In this document: piece after piece, positions 1-21,503 of the stretch
How the letters are laid out: every line of letters starts with the position of its first letter
Position numbering within the stretch: the stretch's first letter is position 1
Source: Piromyces finnis finn
Lineage: Eukaryota > Fungi > Neocallimastigomycota
Direction of reading: 5' to 3'
Assembly (NCBI GenBank): GCA_002104945.1
Contig: MCFH01000023.1
Coordinates: forward strand, 496,001 to 560,000
DNA length: 64,000 bases
Made by a program: the position numbers and the translations under genes
Notes under the pieces: model-generated
Seen by the model: only the letters and a program-made list of their open reading frames with translations
The model's database searches: none
What the model was told of the DNA's origin: nothing

Positions 1-1
1 T

Positions 2-4508
<4,507 letters not shown>

Positions 4509-7488
4509 AAGAATTTATGCATATACATATATATATTATATCATAGATACCAAATACAAAAAAAAAAAAGCAATAATAATAATTAAATTGATAGATACTA
4601 AATCAGCCATTATTATATCAATGATAATTTTAAAGTTTATGAAATACATTATTTTATATATATTTAAACATTTATTTATAATTTAATTATTGTAATTCTT
4701 TATATTTTTTGTATAAATCATAGAAAAAAAACATAATACTATTTCATATAAACATTTATATAATCTGAATTAGCACTTTTTTATAATCCTAGTTATTTTT
4801 ATTGTCATTATTTTATCAGTTTAATTTTAAGTACTATATTTTTATTAATTAGACAATAAAATAATTATAAAATTGTGAAATAAAAATTATATTAATAAAA
4901 TTATTTTTCTTTCAATAATATAACTTTATTTTCTTTTTTGTTAATAATAATATGTATAAATATTTATAATTATGTATCATATCGTTTGTATTTATTTTCT
5001 TTGTAAAAAAAAAAATAATTATATATATAATTTTCCCCAAAATTTTTGATGTTATATATTTTAATATATTTTATGTATCATCAAATATTTCTATTACCTT
5101 TCGGTTTCCTGAAATACCAACCTAAAAATCTAAAACTTTAATTTTAGAAAATAGAATAATATTATAATAAATATTTTTAAACTTTATAAAGATTTGCTAA
5201 TAAATTTATAGTTTAATAAATAGTGATTAAATAAGTTTCATTTTCATTTAAAATAAATATATTATTAAATGAATAACTTGTGACAGTTTTCTATTTTAAA
5301 TTTTATTTTAAATTGATATTAAAAATTTATATTTAATTATCACTATTATTGTTATTAAATTATTTAATCATTTCTTTTTTATAATTGACATTTAATTCAT
5401 TATTCATCATTAAATAGTAAATAAATTGAATTTTTTAAATTACATTTTTATAGATATTAAATATTTTTAACCTTTTATTATAATATTATATTACCTATTA
5501 TAATAAAAATATAATTCATATACTCTTCATAAATATTCCATTCCATTTCTTTTTAATGAAAAAAAATATCAATTTAATATACTTTTTGAAAAGAAAAAAT
5601 AAAAAAATATTATTTTTCCTTTTAATACTAAATGCATTTTACTTATAAAAGTATACAAATAATCATTAAATATAAAAAGATATTTAATTATATTTATTAC
5701 TTTTATACATAGACAATATGCTCTTATTTTATCTATTTTTTATTATTATCGAAAAATATAATTAAAATGTTTTTAATTAATAATTAATTAGTGAATGAAT
5801 AAATTAATTTATTTATTTATTTATTAATTATTAATGTAAACAATTAAATAAAAATGATTAATGAAACATTAAATATGCATTTTGTTATGTGGTATGATGT
5901 ATATGAAGATAAATATAATAAAAATAAAATGGGTGTTTTTTTATTCCAAAATATGTTATTTAAAAGAACACATCAATATATAAAACAGCTCTAAAAAAAA
6001 TAATTCTCTTTCACTTTATTTTTTTTTGTAGTAAAAATATTGTTTTATCCGTTTGTAATTAAAGTATTTAAAAATAGCTTTATCACAAAAAAGAAATTAC
6101 TTTATTTGCTTATAATTTAAATGGCAATTTTATCATTTATATATATTAATGATTTATTAAAAATTTAATAATCAATATAATATGAAAATATAATCAATTA
6201 ATAATAAAGTTAAAAAAAAAAATAGCTTTATATGAAATTATTGTTAAATTTTTATTTAAAAAAAAAAAATTTGATAATATTACTCTATTATTACTATTAA
6301 ATAAGTTCTATCACTTATTACCATTAATGTTTTTTGACACATCCTTTTACCAATTTATATAAGATCCATGATTCATTATCATTCATTTCTTTTGACATTT
6401 ATTCTTAAATTTCTTTATTATTGATTATTGATTTTAAAAATGCAATCAACCAATGAATTTCCAGTACTATAAATTAAAATAAAAATTATAAAATATAATG
6501 AAAAAGAATTTAGTTAATTAAATGTAAAAAAGTTAAAAAACTTTATTTTTTTGAATTCGATTAATATGAAAAAAAAAAAAGAAAAAGTAAATTGAAAATT
6601 GTAGATGTTAGTAACAATAACCATCGTTAATAATAATAAAAACATGAACTATAGATTTAACTATATAATAATATATTCAAAGATGCTATTTTAATAATCA
6701 TTATTATTGATTGATTGATTTTTTTTTTGTTTTCTTATATTCTTTGATACTATATAACAATAAATCTATTAATTTTTATATAAATAAAAAAATCCACATA
6801 CTTAACTGTAATGATTTAAAAGTAACTTTTTTATTTTATATAATAACATCATTAGGTTTTAAATACCTTTTTTTTATACCTTTTATTATATAAATTTACT
6901 TTTTTTGCTTGTTTATATAAATGTTATAAAACGGTATCAATATATTGATAAATATTTTTTTTTAAATATTAATAAAGAGTTTATAATTTTTATAACTATT
7001 ATCACTTTTCATATTATATTATTATATATAAAGCATATTTAGTATTAATATTGTACTACTACTACCATTACCACTATTATCACTACTACTACCACCTCCA
7101 CCACTTTATTATTAATCCTATAATTTTAGTAAATATAAATCCTAAACAAATATATCTAACCCTTTATAAATTACATTTATCAATAAAGAAATAAAAGAAT
7201 TATCTAATTTTTTTGTATTTAAAATAAGGAGAAATTAAAAAGTTTGTGTAATGAAAAATAGTTTATTTAAAAAATTTTAAATTTTATAAATTTCAATAAT
7301 TCAAATAGTTAAAAATATTATATTGAATATATATAAAATTTTATTTCAAAAAATTGAAACCTATCAAAAAAAAAGAAACTAATAGACACTCTATTAAAAT
7401 ATGAATATTAAAGTAATAATAAAAATCTAATATTTATATAATATGTAATAACATAAAAATCCATTAAAATTCAATTTAACTAATAATT

Positions 7489-7520
<32 letters not shown>

Positions 7521-10111
7521 GAAAAAAAGTTTTTATTATATAAATCCCTAGATTTGCTTTTTTCTTTTAAAACATGGTAAAATGGCTATTTTTAAAGTTT
7601 TTTTTATTTTTATAAAATCTAACCCCCATATATAATATAATATATTGATTATATATTGTGATTATGGAATTATTTTAATCAACCTAGACTACAATTTTTT
7701 TTATGGTAATAACAATGTATATATTATAATATATAATTATATATTATTTCAATTATTTTATATATTACCAAATATACTAGGTTTATTAATATTGATTTAA
7801 AATATGATTTATTTTTGCTCTAGGTTATGGATTTAAAATCTATATATATTATTTATATATTATTCATTATTTCTTATATATTATACATATATAATTAATT
7901 TGAATAAAATAATAATGTAATATTACTAATTTATTATGGTATTGATAATTAATTAATATTTAAATCTTATTAAATATAATATTAATTATATTATACCATA
8001 TATTACATTACCATTTTCCATATAAAAATACCATATTAAAAAATGAAATAATAAAATTTTATATATACTAATATATTATACATATTAATGAATATATTGA
8101 ATCAATAAAACTATTTTAATCTTGTAACTTCATATATTTTTAAAAAATTAAAGAAAAATAATAAATTAATATTTAATATAATCTAATATATTAATATTTT
8201 TAATATAATTTTTTAATATATTAATATAATTTCATATTTACAAATAAAGAAATTTATTAATTAATAAAATTTTTTGTGTCTAACAATATTTATTAGTATT
8301 ATGTTATAAATAAATGAAACTATATATTAAATAAATTTATATTTAAAATAAATGAATAAATATATAATATTCAAATAAAATATTGTAATATTAAATTATT
8401 ATCAAAAATATATATTAATAGTATAATAGATAATAATATCTATATTAAATTAATTCTATAGATTCAGTTTAATTAAATATATTCCAAAAGGAAACTTTTT
8501 TATACACAATATAATATATCAATATAATATTTTTATGTATTATCAATATAATTTATCATATACTTTATTAATTAATAATTTATTGAATGAGTTACAATAT
8601 ATATAATATATAAATTTTTTTTTGTTAATAAATAAATATATTCTAAAATAAAATTTATTCATTTTTTGTTTGGATAAACGTATTTTATTGTATTATAAAT
8701 AAATGAATGATTAAATAATAAATAAATATTATTATTTAAATTAAAAAAAGAAATAATATTTATTTAAATAAATTTATAGTTTGGCTTTTATTTGTATTTT
8801 GTATTTTATTATTATTTTATTTCCCAATATATTTTATTTATTTACTTTTTTTTTTTTTTTTGAAATTTATTTTTTTTTTAAATATATATTTTTCTCTTTG
8901 AGTCAATTCATTTTAAATTTCAGTTATAACACAAAATATAACAACTAGGAAATAATAATGAATTGTTAAAAGTGAAAAATTAAATATTATAGAAATTTTA
9001 AAAGAAAAAAAAATAATTTATAGATATCAATAGTAATATTTGATACTTTAAAATATTTGTTTATAATAGTAATTAAATTAATTACATATTTTCTCTTTAT
9101 AATACCAACTTTGTTATTTATTTTTAAAGTGATATTATTTAATATTTTATTTTATAATATAAATAATAAAAAGAAAGAGAAAATATAATACAATTATTTA
9201 ATTGATTATTACAAAAGTTAACATATATTCATTATATTTTCAAGACAATTTACATTTGAAATAAAGGGGATATTTACTTGTTGTTTGATAAACAAAGTTT
9301 ACAAAAATCCAAACAAATTGATTCAAATAAATTAAAATAAAACAAAAGATTATTGTAAATAAAAATAATAATTTGAAACCAAAAGATAAAGCAAACCAAG
9401 CAACCAAGCAAACAAAATATATAATAAAATATAATAGATTATTTTTATCAAAAAAAAAAAAAAAAAAAACATATTTTTTTTAGAAATGAAAATAACACCT
9501 TTTTTTATAACATAAAAACAACATAACATAAAATAATACTATTTTTAATTTTAAAACAGTCCAAAGTAAAATAAACAAACAAGATTCATAATTTATGTAA
9601 TATATATTATTTATAAATCAATTCAATTATTCATAAATAATATCCAGTATTCATTATAATCAAAAATTCTTTTAAAAATTGTGTGATAAATATATTATAA
9701 ATATATATTTTCTAATAAAAGGATTATAAAGGTATATATATACTTTAATTTTTAATATTAACAATATTTAATGATTATTAATGTAATTTTATTTTTATAT
9801 AAATACAAAATTTTTTATTATAAAAAAACATATTGTTATAAATAGTTAATACAATATTATTTATAAATCGAAATTTTAATTATATATTTATCAGTAACAA
9901 ATAAAAACAAAAATTTATTTTTATTGATAATATTTCAAAATCTAAAGTTAATAACATAATACCCGAACAATAAAATAATAATAAAACTTTTTTCAATTAA
10001 AAAGTTTTATACAAACACCAAATTTATATATTTTTTTTCCAGTTTTAGTATTCCATATTGTTAATCACAGATCTTTACAACGACTTTCAATTTCTTCCTA
10101 GTCATACGGAA

Positions 10112-11684
10112 ATGCCAGGAATAAGTGGTGAAAAAGAAAAAGTCTGTATTATAGGCAGTGGAAATTGGTAAATATTATTTTATATATTAATATTATTAAA
10201 ATATATATTAAATATATTATGTAACAATTTAAAATTATAGGGGTTCAGCTATTTCCAAAATTATTGGAAAAAATGTTTTGGCTCATCCAGAATTTAATAG
10301 TACTGTTAAGATGTGGGTTTTTGAAGAATATATCAATGGTCGAAAATTAACAGAAATTATTAATACATGTCATGAAAATGTAAAATACTTACCAAATATA
10401 AAATTACCATCTAATGTGGTAGCTTGCTCGGACATTATAGAATGTGTAGAAGATGCAACAATTTTAGTATTTGTTATACCACATCAAGTAATTATTAATC
10501 CAATAAAATATAGTTTGAAAAATTTTATATAGAAACTAATAATTATAATATTATTTTATAAAGTTTGTGAAATCTACATGTGAAAAAATAAGAGGAAAGC
10601 TACGGGATGATTGTAGAGCTATTTCATTAATTAAGGTATATAATAAATATAATAAAATTTAATGATAGCTATATTTTAAAATTCAATGTATTAATGTAAT
10701 TTTTATTTTAAAGGGTGTCGATGTTTCAAAAGGTGGATTAATGCTAATTTCAGAAGAAATTAGAGAAGCATTATCTATTGACGTTAGTGTTTTAATGGGT
10801 GCAAATGTCGCTCGTGAAGTTGCTCTTGAACAATTTTGTGAAACTACAATTGGATATAATGATCCATACAATGGTGAAATTTTTAAAAAAATATTCAATA
10901 CCAGTTATTTTAGAGTTAATGCTGTTCAAGATGTATCAGGTGTTGAATTATGCGGAGCTTTAAAGTAAAATTTATTTTTTATTTATATTTTATTAGTTGT
11001 GAATGAAACTATTCGTAATATACTAATGTAATGGTAATTTTTTTTTGAAATTAGGAATGTTGTTGCATTAGCTGCTGGTTTTGTTGATGGTTTAAAGTAA
11101 GTTATTAAGCAGAATAATATATTAAAATCATTAAAATAATAAACTAAATACCTTCATTTATATAATAAAGAATGGGCAGTAATACAAAAGCTGCTATCAT
11201 AAGAATAGGTATAGCAGAAATGAAAAAATTTTCACATATGTTCTACATTGGAATAAAAAATGAAACTTTCTTTGAAAGTTGTGGTGTTGCTGATGTTGTG
11301 ACTACTTGTTATGGAGGACGTCACAGAAAGTTAGCAGAAGCACACGTAATAACTGGAAAGGTGAATATATTTAAATATTGTTCTTTTATTATTCCTAATA
11401 AACTAAATATTTAATAACCTATATAAATAACAATATTTTTTTTTTATATTCAATTAATCTATAATATGAATGTATTTTGAATATATTCTGAAATAATATA
11501 GTCATTTGATGATTTAGAAAAAGATATGTTAAATGGACAAAAACTACAAGGAACAATTACTTCAAAAGAGATACATCAGATATTAACACGAAATAATTGC
11601 ACTGAAGAATTCCCATTATTTTCCACAGTATATCGTATTTGTTACGAAAATTTATGTCCATCACATATTATACATGATATATAA
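10112..11684 (+). CDS. GPD1: NAD-dependent glycerol-3-phosphate dehydrogenase (multi-exon)
   Basis: Spliced motifs [87 protein letters not shown] at 10112, TAA at 11682-11684. Confidence 0.96.
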
Positions 11685-12426
11685 TAGACTATTTTATTTT
11701 ATAATTTTTTTCTATACAATTTAATATAGTATTTAATTACAATCAAATTTATCACATAACCTTTTTCTATTCATTATTATTTATATAATATTTTTTTAAA
11801 TATAGTATATAATAATAAAGAAAAGAAAAAAATTAAAACAATAATATTAATTCCAACATTAAAAAGATAACTAAATAATGCCATTTACATATTTTATTTT
11901 TAATAATAAGTAATTGCTTTTATTTGCATTGTTTTTATTATAAAAAAATTAAAATCGTAAACATATAATATCAATAGTCACAACCATGTAAAAATGAAAA
12001 TCAAATATTATGATACAAAAATTGTCATATTTTTGTTTACTAATTAATGATTAATATAGACAATAAATATTTATTTAATTTTTAACATTATTTAATATAG
12101 CGCAGTAAACTTTTTTTTTTATATATATTAATCCTTAAAAAAAAAAGCATTACTATATATAGATTCCAAATATTATAAAACAATGCAATAAAAAAAATTA
12201 AATTCTATTTTAAATAAATAAAAAAAAGTGATATAATTATTTAGAATTAATCATTAAAAAAAAAAAAAGTTATGTAAAGTATGTTTTATAGTCATATTTT
12301 TATATAGTTTATTTTTTTTTTATTTTCAAAAATTTACTTTATTTGAAGATTTCAATTATTAACTTATACAATTCTATTATGGTAAATCAACAAAATTATA
12401 CAATTTTTTTTCTAGCATTAAATATC

Positions 12427-12459
<33 letters not shown>

Positions 12460-14166
12460 AAAATATAAACGTTTATTTTAATACTCTTTCAAATATTATT
12501 AAATGATATTTTTATTTATATATTTTTAGTTTATATATTTATAAAATCATAAAATAATTATAAAAAGGAAAGGATAATATATATAATAAATATAAACAAA
12601 AGAAAAAAAAAGAATAAAAACAAAGCAAAATAAAACAAAAATATACTAAGTAATAAAATCTATAATTATAGTTATAGTACTAAAAAAATAAATAAATATT
12701 ATAATATAAAGTATGTATATAAAAAGGAGAGAATAATTCATATAAATATTAATAAAATATTCATTTTTCTTAAATTTTCATTTTTATTTCATAATTTCTC
12801 TCCTATATTGTCCTCTAAATTATTTTATTTCATTTTTAACATATAAATTTTTAGTATTTATTTTGTAGTAAAAAATTAACTAATAAATGAATAAATTATT
12901 CCTTTATTAACAACAAAAAGCAAAGGAATAAATGAGATAAAATGATATTAATTAAAATCTTATTACTTTCTTTTTAATATTAGTAGTACTTTTAATTGAA
13001 AAGCTCTATAAAAATTATAAATTGTATATTAAAGTACTTTTATTGTTATTATTATTATCATATTTTAACAATAGCAATAACAATAATAATGATAATAACA
13101 ATAAATAATAATTGTTTGTAAAATATATTTTATATTTAACTTTACATCATTACATTAAAATGAAATAATTATTTTTGATTATATATTTATATTTTTTTCA
13201 CTTTTTTTAATTGTCAAATAATTTTTTTTAAAATCAATTAAAATTATAATTTTTTAATATTTTGATTTAAAAATAATTCGTGTAACCATTGAATTTTCAA
13301 AAATAGATTTAATTTATTTAATTTTTTTTAATTTTTTTAATATAAAAAAATAAAAAAAAAATGCTAAAATCTATATCTAACAAATTCTAATTGTTTTGTT
13401 AGGATTATAAAATAATAATAAATAATAAATTATTATTAAATTTTATAAAGTGTAAAAAGTATTATTGATGGTTAATTGAATATTACAATATCTTTTGTTA
13501 TATTACATTTAATTTTAATATAATTTTTATCCAATAAATATAAAATTTAATTATTATTATTTATTTTCCTCATTTAGCATTATTTAAAATGGGCTAATAA
13601 AATAAAAATCAATAATGGAGGTTTATTATATACATTACTTATTAAATAATTGTTTCATAACAAAAAAAAAAGCATTTATATTATAAACTGAAAACAAATA
13701 TAATATTAATTTCAAAATATTATAAATATAATAAAATCTTCTTTCGAAAACATTTTTTTTTTTAATTTTATCTAAATTTACTAATTTTATTATAATATCT
13801 ATTATAATTTTGACTTTTTAGAAAAAAACAATTAAAAAAAAAAAAATATAAATACAAGCTTAAATTATAAAAGCAATATATAAAAAAATTAGATATATAA
13901 ATTATTTTTACAATTGAAAAGTAAAGAAATATTTAATAATAAAAATTTATAATAAACTTTTATAAAAATATATATCCAATATAATTTTTGTTTAGCCTAT
14001 CGAAATTTTATATTTCAACAAAAAAGTTATTTTGAATATATATCTTTTAAATATTACGAAATATTAAAAACAAAAATAATTCAAATAAAAAAAATATAAT
14101 ATTAAAAAATTCATAGTATAATTGTATTTTTAATTTTTCTTTTTTAAAAAATAAATATTTATTAAA

Positions 14167-15438
14167 ATGCGTTCTATTACTGCTTTATTCTTATTATCAA
14201 ACATTTTATTATGTTCTTCAACTCCACGTAATTATAGAAGAAATGAAGTTGATGATGATTCCATTGATGTATATTATGAAACTATTTATGAAATCGTTAC
14301 TGAAGAAGTAACTGAAACTGTTAGTATCCCAGCTACTACTATTATTGAAGTTGAAACAGAAATCAATACGGTTGAAGAAGAAGAAGATGCTAATGAACCA
14401 ATTGTAACATCTACTCCTGAAGAAGAAGAACCGGAAAATCTTCCACCTTTAGAAGATGCCATCGCTTCTGATGAAGAAAAACAATTAGAAGAAGAAATTA
14501 ATGAAATTGAATCAGACATTGATGAGAAAGAAAAGAAATTAGAATTAGAAAAAGAAGTTAATGAACTTGAAGATGTTCTTAACAATTTAAATGATGATGC
14601 AAGTGATGATGAAGTTGAACAAATTGAGAAAGAAATTGATGAAGCTGAATCAGAAATTGCAGATATTGAAGAGCATCAAGAAGAAAAGAAATTAGAAAAG
14701 GAAATTAAAGAAATGGAAACCGAAATTATGAAGGCTGAAGCTGATATTGAAGAAGAAGAATTAGAAAAAGAAATTGATGAAATGGAAACTGAAATTATGA
14801 AGGCTGAAGCTGATATTGAAGAAAAGGAAATTGATGAAGAAGAAAAGAAGATAGATGATGAAATTAATGATGAAACCGAAGAAACTTTCTCTGCTGAAAA
14901 AATAATTATTGAAGAAAACTTTGATTCTGATGAAGAAGGTGATGATATTGAAGGTGCTACTGCTACTTCTGTAACTGAAGAAGAAGAAGAAGAAAATAAT
15001 GATGAAATTGAAACTATTAATACTGAAGAAGAAAATAATGAAGAAAATGCTGAAGAGGGTGATGATCTCGATGCTGAAATTGAAACTACTAATGCTGAAG
15101 AAAATGAAGAAGGTGATAAAATTGAAACCGAAATTGAATCTGTAAGTGATGAAGAAGAAAATGATAATGAAGAAACTAAAGAAGAATTAGAAGAAGAAAA
15201 AAGTAGTGATGAAAATAGTGAAGAGGATTCTGAAGAAGAAAAGAGTATTTCCAAGAACCAAGAAAAGAAAATGATAAAATCTATTAAGAAGAATGTTTCA
15301 TCAGTTTTTGAAAAATATTTAAAGCAAATTAAAGAAAATGGTAAAAAGAAGGAATATAAAAAAGCTAAAAAGAGTGTCAAGAAGATTGAAAAAGATGTTA
15401 CTTCATTATTCAAGGATTTCATTAAAAATAAATACTAA
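14167..15438 (+). CDS. Secreted Glu/Asp-rich low-complexity protein with basic C-terminus
   Basis: Intronless 423-aa ORF. Signal-peptide-like MRSITALFLLSNILLCSS, an acidic body with an internal duplication (EKEI.EMETEIMKAEADIEE x2), and a Lys-rich tail. Confidence 0.8.
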   Translation: MRSITALFLLSNILLCSSTPRNYRRNEVDDDSIDVYYETIYEIVTEEVTETVSIPATTIIEVETEINTVEEEEDANEPIVTSTPEEEEPENLPPLEDAIASDEEKQLEEEINEIESDIDEKEKKLELEKEVNELEDVLNNLNDDASDDEVEQIEKEIDEAESEIADIEEHQEEKKLEKEIKEMETEIMKAEADIEEEELEKEIDEMETEIMKAEADIEEKEIDEEEKKIDDEINDETEETFSAEKIIIEENFDSDEEGDDIEGATATSVTEEEEEENNDEIETINTEEENNEENAEEGDDLDAEIETTNAEENEEGDKIETEIESVSDEEENDNEETKEELEEEKSSDENSEEDSEEEKSISKNQEKKMIKSIKKNVSSVFEKYLKQIKENGKKKEYKKAKKSVKKIEKDVTSLFKDFIKNKY

Positions 15439-16051
15439 TTTATTAAATTATAACATCTATTGTAAAATATATTTATTTTTTACAAATCAAATTTTAATTT
15501 AATATTTTTTTAAAAAAAAAAAACTGTATTAAGTAGTATAATTGTAATTAACACTATTTTGTAAATTATAATCATAATTAATAATAAAACATAAAATTCT
15601 ATTTATTTTTTATATTAAATAATAGTAAAGTAATAAATATTGCTTCAATAAAATATTTTAAAAATTAATGATAATTAGAGTGAATTTTAATAGAATTGAG
15701 ATTCTAAATTTATAGTTAATGAATTGTATCAAAACAATATTATATTATTCTTTTATATTAAATGAAGAGGTCTTTTTTATTTCAGCTATTTTTTACTGAT
15801 GCTTCTATTTCTCTTTATTGACTATTTTTTAATTGATATATAACTTTTCTTTAAAGAAATAGAATTTAATATTTTTTTATTAATAAAAACTGGAGGGTTA
15901 GTACAACAACTTTAGAGTTTTTTTTTTTGTTTTATATTAATATTTTTTATCCATTTTTATTTTTTTAAAAGTTTCATTAAATTATAGAATTAAACTTTTT
16001 TATTTTTATTATATTAATAATAATAGTAATAATAAATATATATATATGTAA

Positions 16052-17878
16052 ATGAAATTACCAACAAAACAAAAACAAATATTAGAAGGTCATTATGGAC
16101 CAGTTAATGTAGCTTATTTTAATAATGATGGACAGTATGTTTTAAGTGGGGGCCAAGATAAATCTGTAAAATTATGGAGTATATTAAAAGACAACCAAGG
16201 AGAGAAAGGAATTTGTTTAAAAACATATACAGGACATGGACGAGAAATATATGACATAGCAATGTAATTAAATTTATTTTTCTTTTCTTTTTTATTTTAA
16301 AGAAATTTGTATTGTATTATTAAAGTATAGATATCAGAATTGTATAAAATTCATATTTTTTTATAAATAGATAATATTTTAAATAAGGCGTTATAAATTT
16401 ATTTATTATAGAAAGTAACCGTACTTTTAAATTTTTATAGTGGATGTTTTTTTATTATTAAAAACAATTACTAGTTATATGTATTAATTAATATTATATA
16501 TATATATATATAAAGAACAAATGATAATTCAAAATTTGCAACATGTGGTGGTGATAAGTCTGTATTCTTGTGGGATGTTATGTCAGGAAAAACAATTAGA
16601 AGATTCCAGGGACATTATCAAGTAATTATAAAACAAAAATGAAAATTCAAAATTTAAAAAACAGCAAACATTTTTAAGCTACAAATTAATATAATGTATT
16701 AATTGTAAAAAAAAAGAGAATAAATTGTGTAGATTTCAATCATGAAGCAAGTGTTATAGTATCAGGGTCTAATGACATGTCTATAAGAATATGGGATTGT
16801 AGGTAAGTTTACTAGTAACGTAACAAATGTTAATTACTTAGAATTTAAGATATTCAATGATATTTTAAATATATACAATAAAAAAGAGAAAAAAAAAATA
16901 TTTTAATATAATATTTGTTCATTATTAACTTTATAAATGGATAGGTCAAATTCAAGAATGCCTATTCAAATACTAGAAGATGCAAAAGATAGTATAACAA
17001 GTCTACAAGTTTCGGATCATGAAATATTGGCTTCGTAAGATTAAATATGTATTAAACATATGATTAAATAATTTATATCTTACTATATTAATTTAATATT
17101 AAAAATATACAAATAATTAAACCGACAAATAATTTTTAACACATAAATAAATTAACATTAAAAATTTGGGATGGACAGGTCTGTAGATGGTTATATAAGA
17201 ATATATGATATAAGAATGGGATCATTAATTTCAGATAGAATTGGGTGTAAGTTGTTAACTAATAATAAGAATAAGAAAAATTTTTATAATTTTATTATTA
17301 ACAAATTCAAATAATGAAAAATGTAGTGCCAATCAGTTACTGTTCATTTTCAACAGATGGTAATTGTATTCTAGCATCTTCTCTAAATTCAAAACTTTAC
17401 CTAATCGATAAAGAAAATGGCCAAATATTGAATTCGTAATAATTATTTCATTATATTTTCTATAAAATAATAATGTTAAAAAATTAGGAATTAATTTTGT
17501 TTATTTTAACATAAAAATATTATATTATAGTTATGAAGGTCATAAAAATAAGGAATATAAATTAATTTCATGTCTCGATAATACAGATGCTTATGTTATT
17601 AGTGGAAGTGAAGATGGAAAAATTATATATTGGGATTTAGTTGATGTTTGTATTATATATATACTTCATATTTGAATAATATTCCAAACTTTTAAACTAA
17701 ATAAATATAAATAATATTTAATTATAATTATACTATTATTTTTTTTTTAAAAAAGGGAACGAAAGCAGAAACAGTAGAAGCTCATAAAAAAGTAGTAACA
17801 TCAGTTAAATATCATCCAAATAATGCCTATTTATTATCGGCGTCTCATGATGGAACAATTAAAATATGGTCTACTTAA
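16052..17878 (+). CDS. WDR83: WD40 repeat protein WDR83/MORG1-like (multi-exon)
   Basis: Spliced motifs LEGHYGPVNVAYFNNDGQYVLSGGQDKSVKLW, TYTGHGREIYD, DNSKFATCGGDKSVFLWDV, RRFQGH, SGSNDMSIRIWD, PIQILEDAKDS, SVDGYIRIYDIRMG, YEGHKN, VISGSEDGKIYIWDLV. TAA at 17876-17878. Confidence 0.9.
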
Positions 17879-19662
17879 TATATTTTCTCTAGCGTATATA
17901 ATAATTATTAAATTTAATTTTTAATATTTTTATATATTTATAATAACTGGATCATAACAAATAATAGAGCAAAAAAGAAGAACTCTAAATCATATTTTTG
18001 ATATAAAAGTTCTTATTATTCAATAGAACATATTTATAAAATAATAGGATAACTAAAATTTTTTCATCATTTAAATAATAATATAAATACAATAAAATTT
18101 CATTTTATAAATATTATTCCATTTTTATATACATTATGCTATTTAGAGTTTATATATTTATTTTTTTTATGGTTGATCTAGGCTCAGTAATTTTATTAGA
18201 CTGACCTCAATTTGAATTGAGAAGGATTATTATGGAATAAATTGGTTGATAAACCTTAAACATTTTATATATATATAAATGGCAATATATATTTATGTTG
18301 TTTTACTTTTTATAATTGAACTTTATTTTTTATTATAATAATTTATAATATACCTCTTTGTATTAAAATATATATATTATATATAATATGATGATTTTCA
18401 ATTGGGATTAATTAATTTTTTTACTTTTAAAGTTATATTAAAAATAGTTAAATTACCTTATTTAAAACTGTGTGTAGATTAAAATTTCTATGAAATGATT
18501 GATGAAGAATTAATAATAAAAAGTACAAAAAAAAAAAAAAAAAGAAAAAAAAATATAGAACAATTTAAGTTAATAGTAAACTACAGTTGCGCATGTTAAA
18601 AACAAAGTAAAACAAAACAGAATATTAATATGAATTATTATTATGTAAATAATATATTTTTATATTATGTAAAAGATATTAAATAAATAATAATAATATG
18701 AAAAAATAAATAAATAATAATCCTTTCTTTTAATTACTTTAATTATCTTAATTACTTTAATTTTTGATAATATATTTACTTGTAAATAAAAATAACATAT
18801 ATAAATCGTTTATTTTTTTTAAAATTATAAAAAATATATAGTATAAATAATAAAACTTTATAAATCTTTTGATTGAATATAAAGTGCTATTACTTATTAT
18901 ATCCTTTTGATATAAGTGCGTTTTTATTTACAAAAACTTCATAGTTAAAGGCTTTTTAACAAAATGAAATATAAACATAAATGTTCTATTTTCTATTTAT
19001 TAATCATTGTAATTAATTAATTATAATATATATAAACATATATTCAATTCAAATTTTAATGTATATACATGTACAATAATTTATTGTTTAATTAAGGAAT
19101 AAATTAAATTTTTTTTAAATTTTTGTAATTTATTATATATAAACAATAAATAAGTTAATATATTATATGAAGAAAATAATATATATTATAATAATTTCTT
19201 AAATTAGTATTTTTTTAACTATAGTTCAGTTTTTGTATAGTTATATATAACAATAATTTATAATATTATATTAGAGTATAGTACTTAATATATTTGCCCT
19301 AATACTAATGGATTAAATAAACAAGATATATAAATAAATGAAATTAAATAAGTAACTTGATAAATATAAATGAATGAATGAATAAATAAATAGTTTATAT
19401 ATTTAAATAAATAGGTAATTAATAATATAAATTAAATAAATATTTAAATAATCAAAATAATAAATGAATAAATAATTAAATATATAAATAAATAATAATT
19501 AGATTATATGGATGAATATAATTCAATTAATTTTAACTATAATAAGTATTAATAATTGAAAATTTTACGAAGATATATAAATAGTATTTTCTTTTACTTT
19601 TTATTGTTTATAATTTTTTTATAAAAAATTAGATATTTGTAATAAACAAATAATAAATAACA

Positions 19663-20936
<1,274 letters not shown>

Positions 20937-21503
20937 GAAAAATATTTGAAAATAGAATTTGTAATAAGAATTAAATAAATATTTAATTCTTATTTCAATT
21001 ATTTATAATTTATAAATAACTATTAATTCAAATTCATTGTTGTAAACAAGTATAAATATTAACACAAACCATTTAACCAAAAGTAAATAAGAAATCAAAA
21101 AATAAAACAAAACAAAACAACATACGACAAAAAAAAAACATAAAAGCAAACAAACCTTAAATAAATTTATAAATAAAAAATTATAAAAAATTATTTTAAT
21201 TTTTTTAGTAAATTTATAAATTATGTGTATGTGTAAATTTGTAATTATTATGTAAAGTTGATGTTATTTAAATTATTATTGATTCAATATAAATTGAAAA
21301 AGATGATGTAGCATTTTTTATTTATTTATTTTTTTTTATTATTAAAATGATGAAAATTTTGTAAGGTTTTGCTAGTTTTGTTAAAAATTTAAAGAGTGTT
21401 ATATCAATTTTGATTATAATTTTAAAAGTAAAGCTATTAAGACTGTTTGGATTAATAAATTTAAGTCTAGGTCAGTTTAGTAAAGAAAAAAGGCGAATTG
21501 TAA

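Noticed and set aside
4510-10100. 5.6-kb apparently gene-free stretch, including ORF 6711..6893
   Set aside because: Extremely AT-rich with no coding-like exon chain or recognisable RNA motif. This looks like ordinary intergenic DNA for such a genome.
14286-15422. Ser-rich antisense ORFs
   Set aside because: They mirror the GAA-rich sense ORF, whose reverse strand lacks stop codons.
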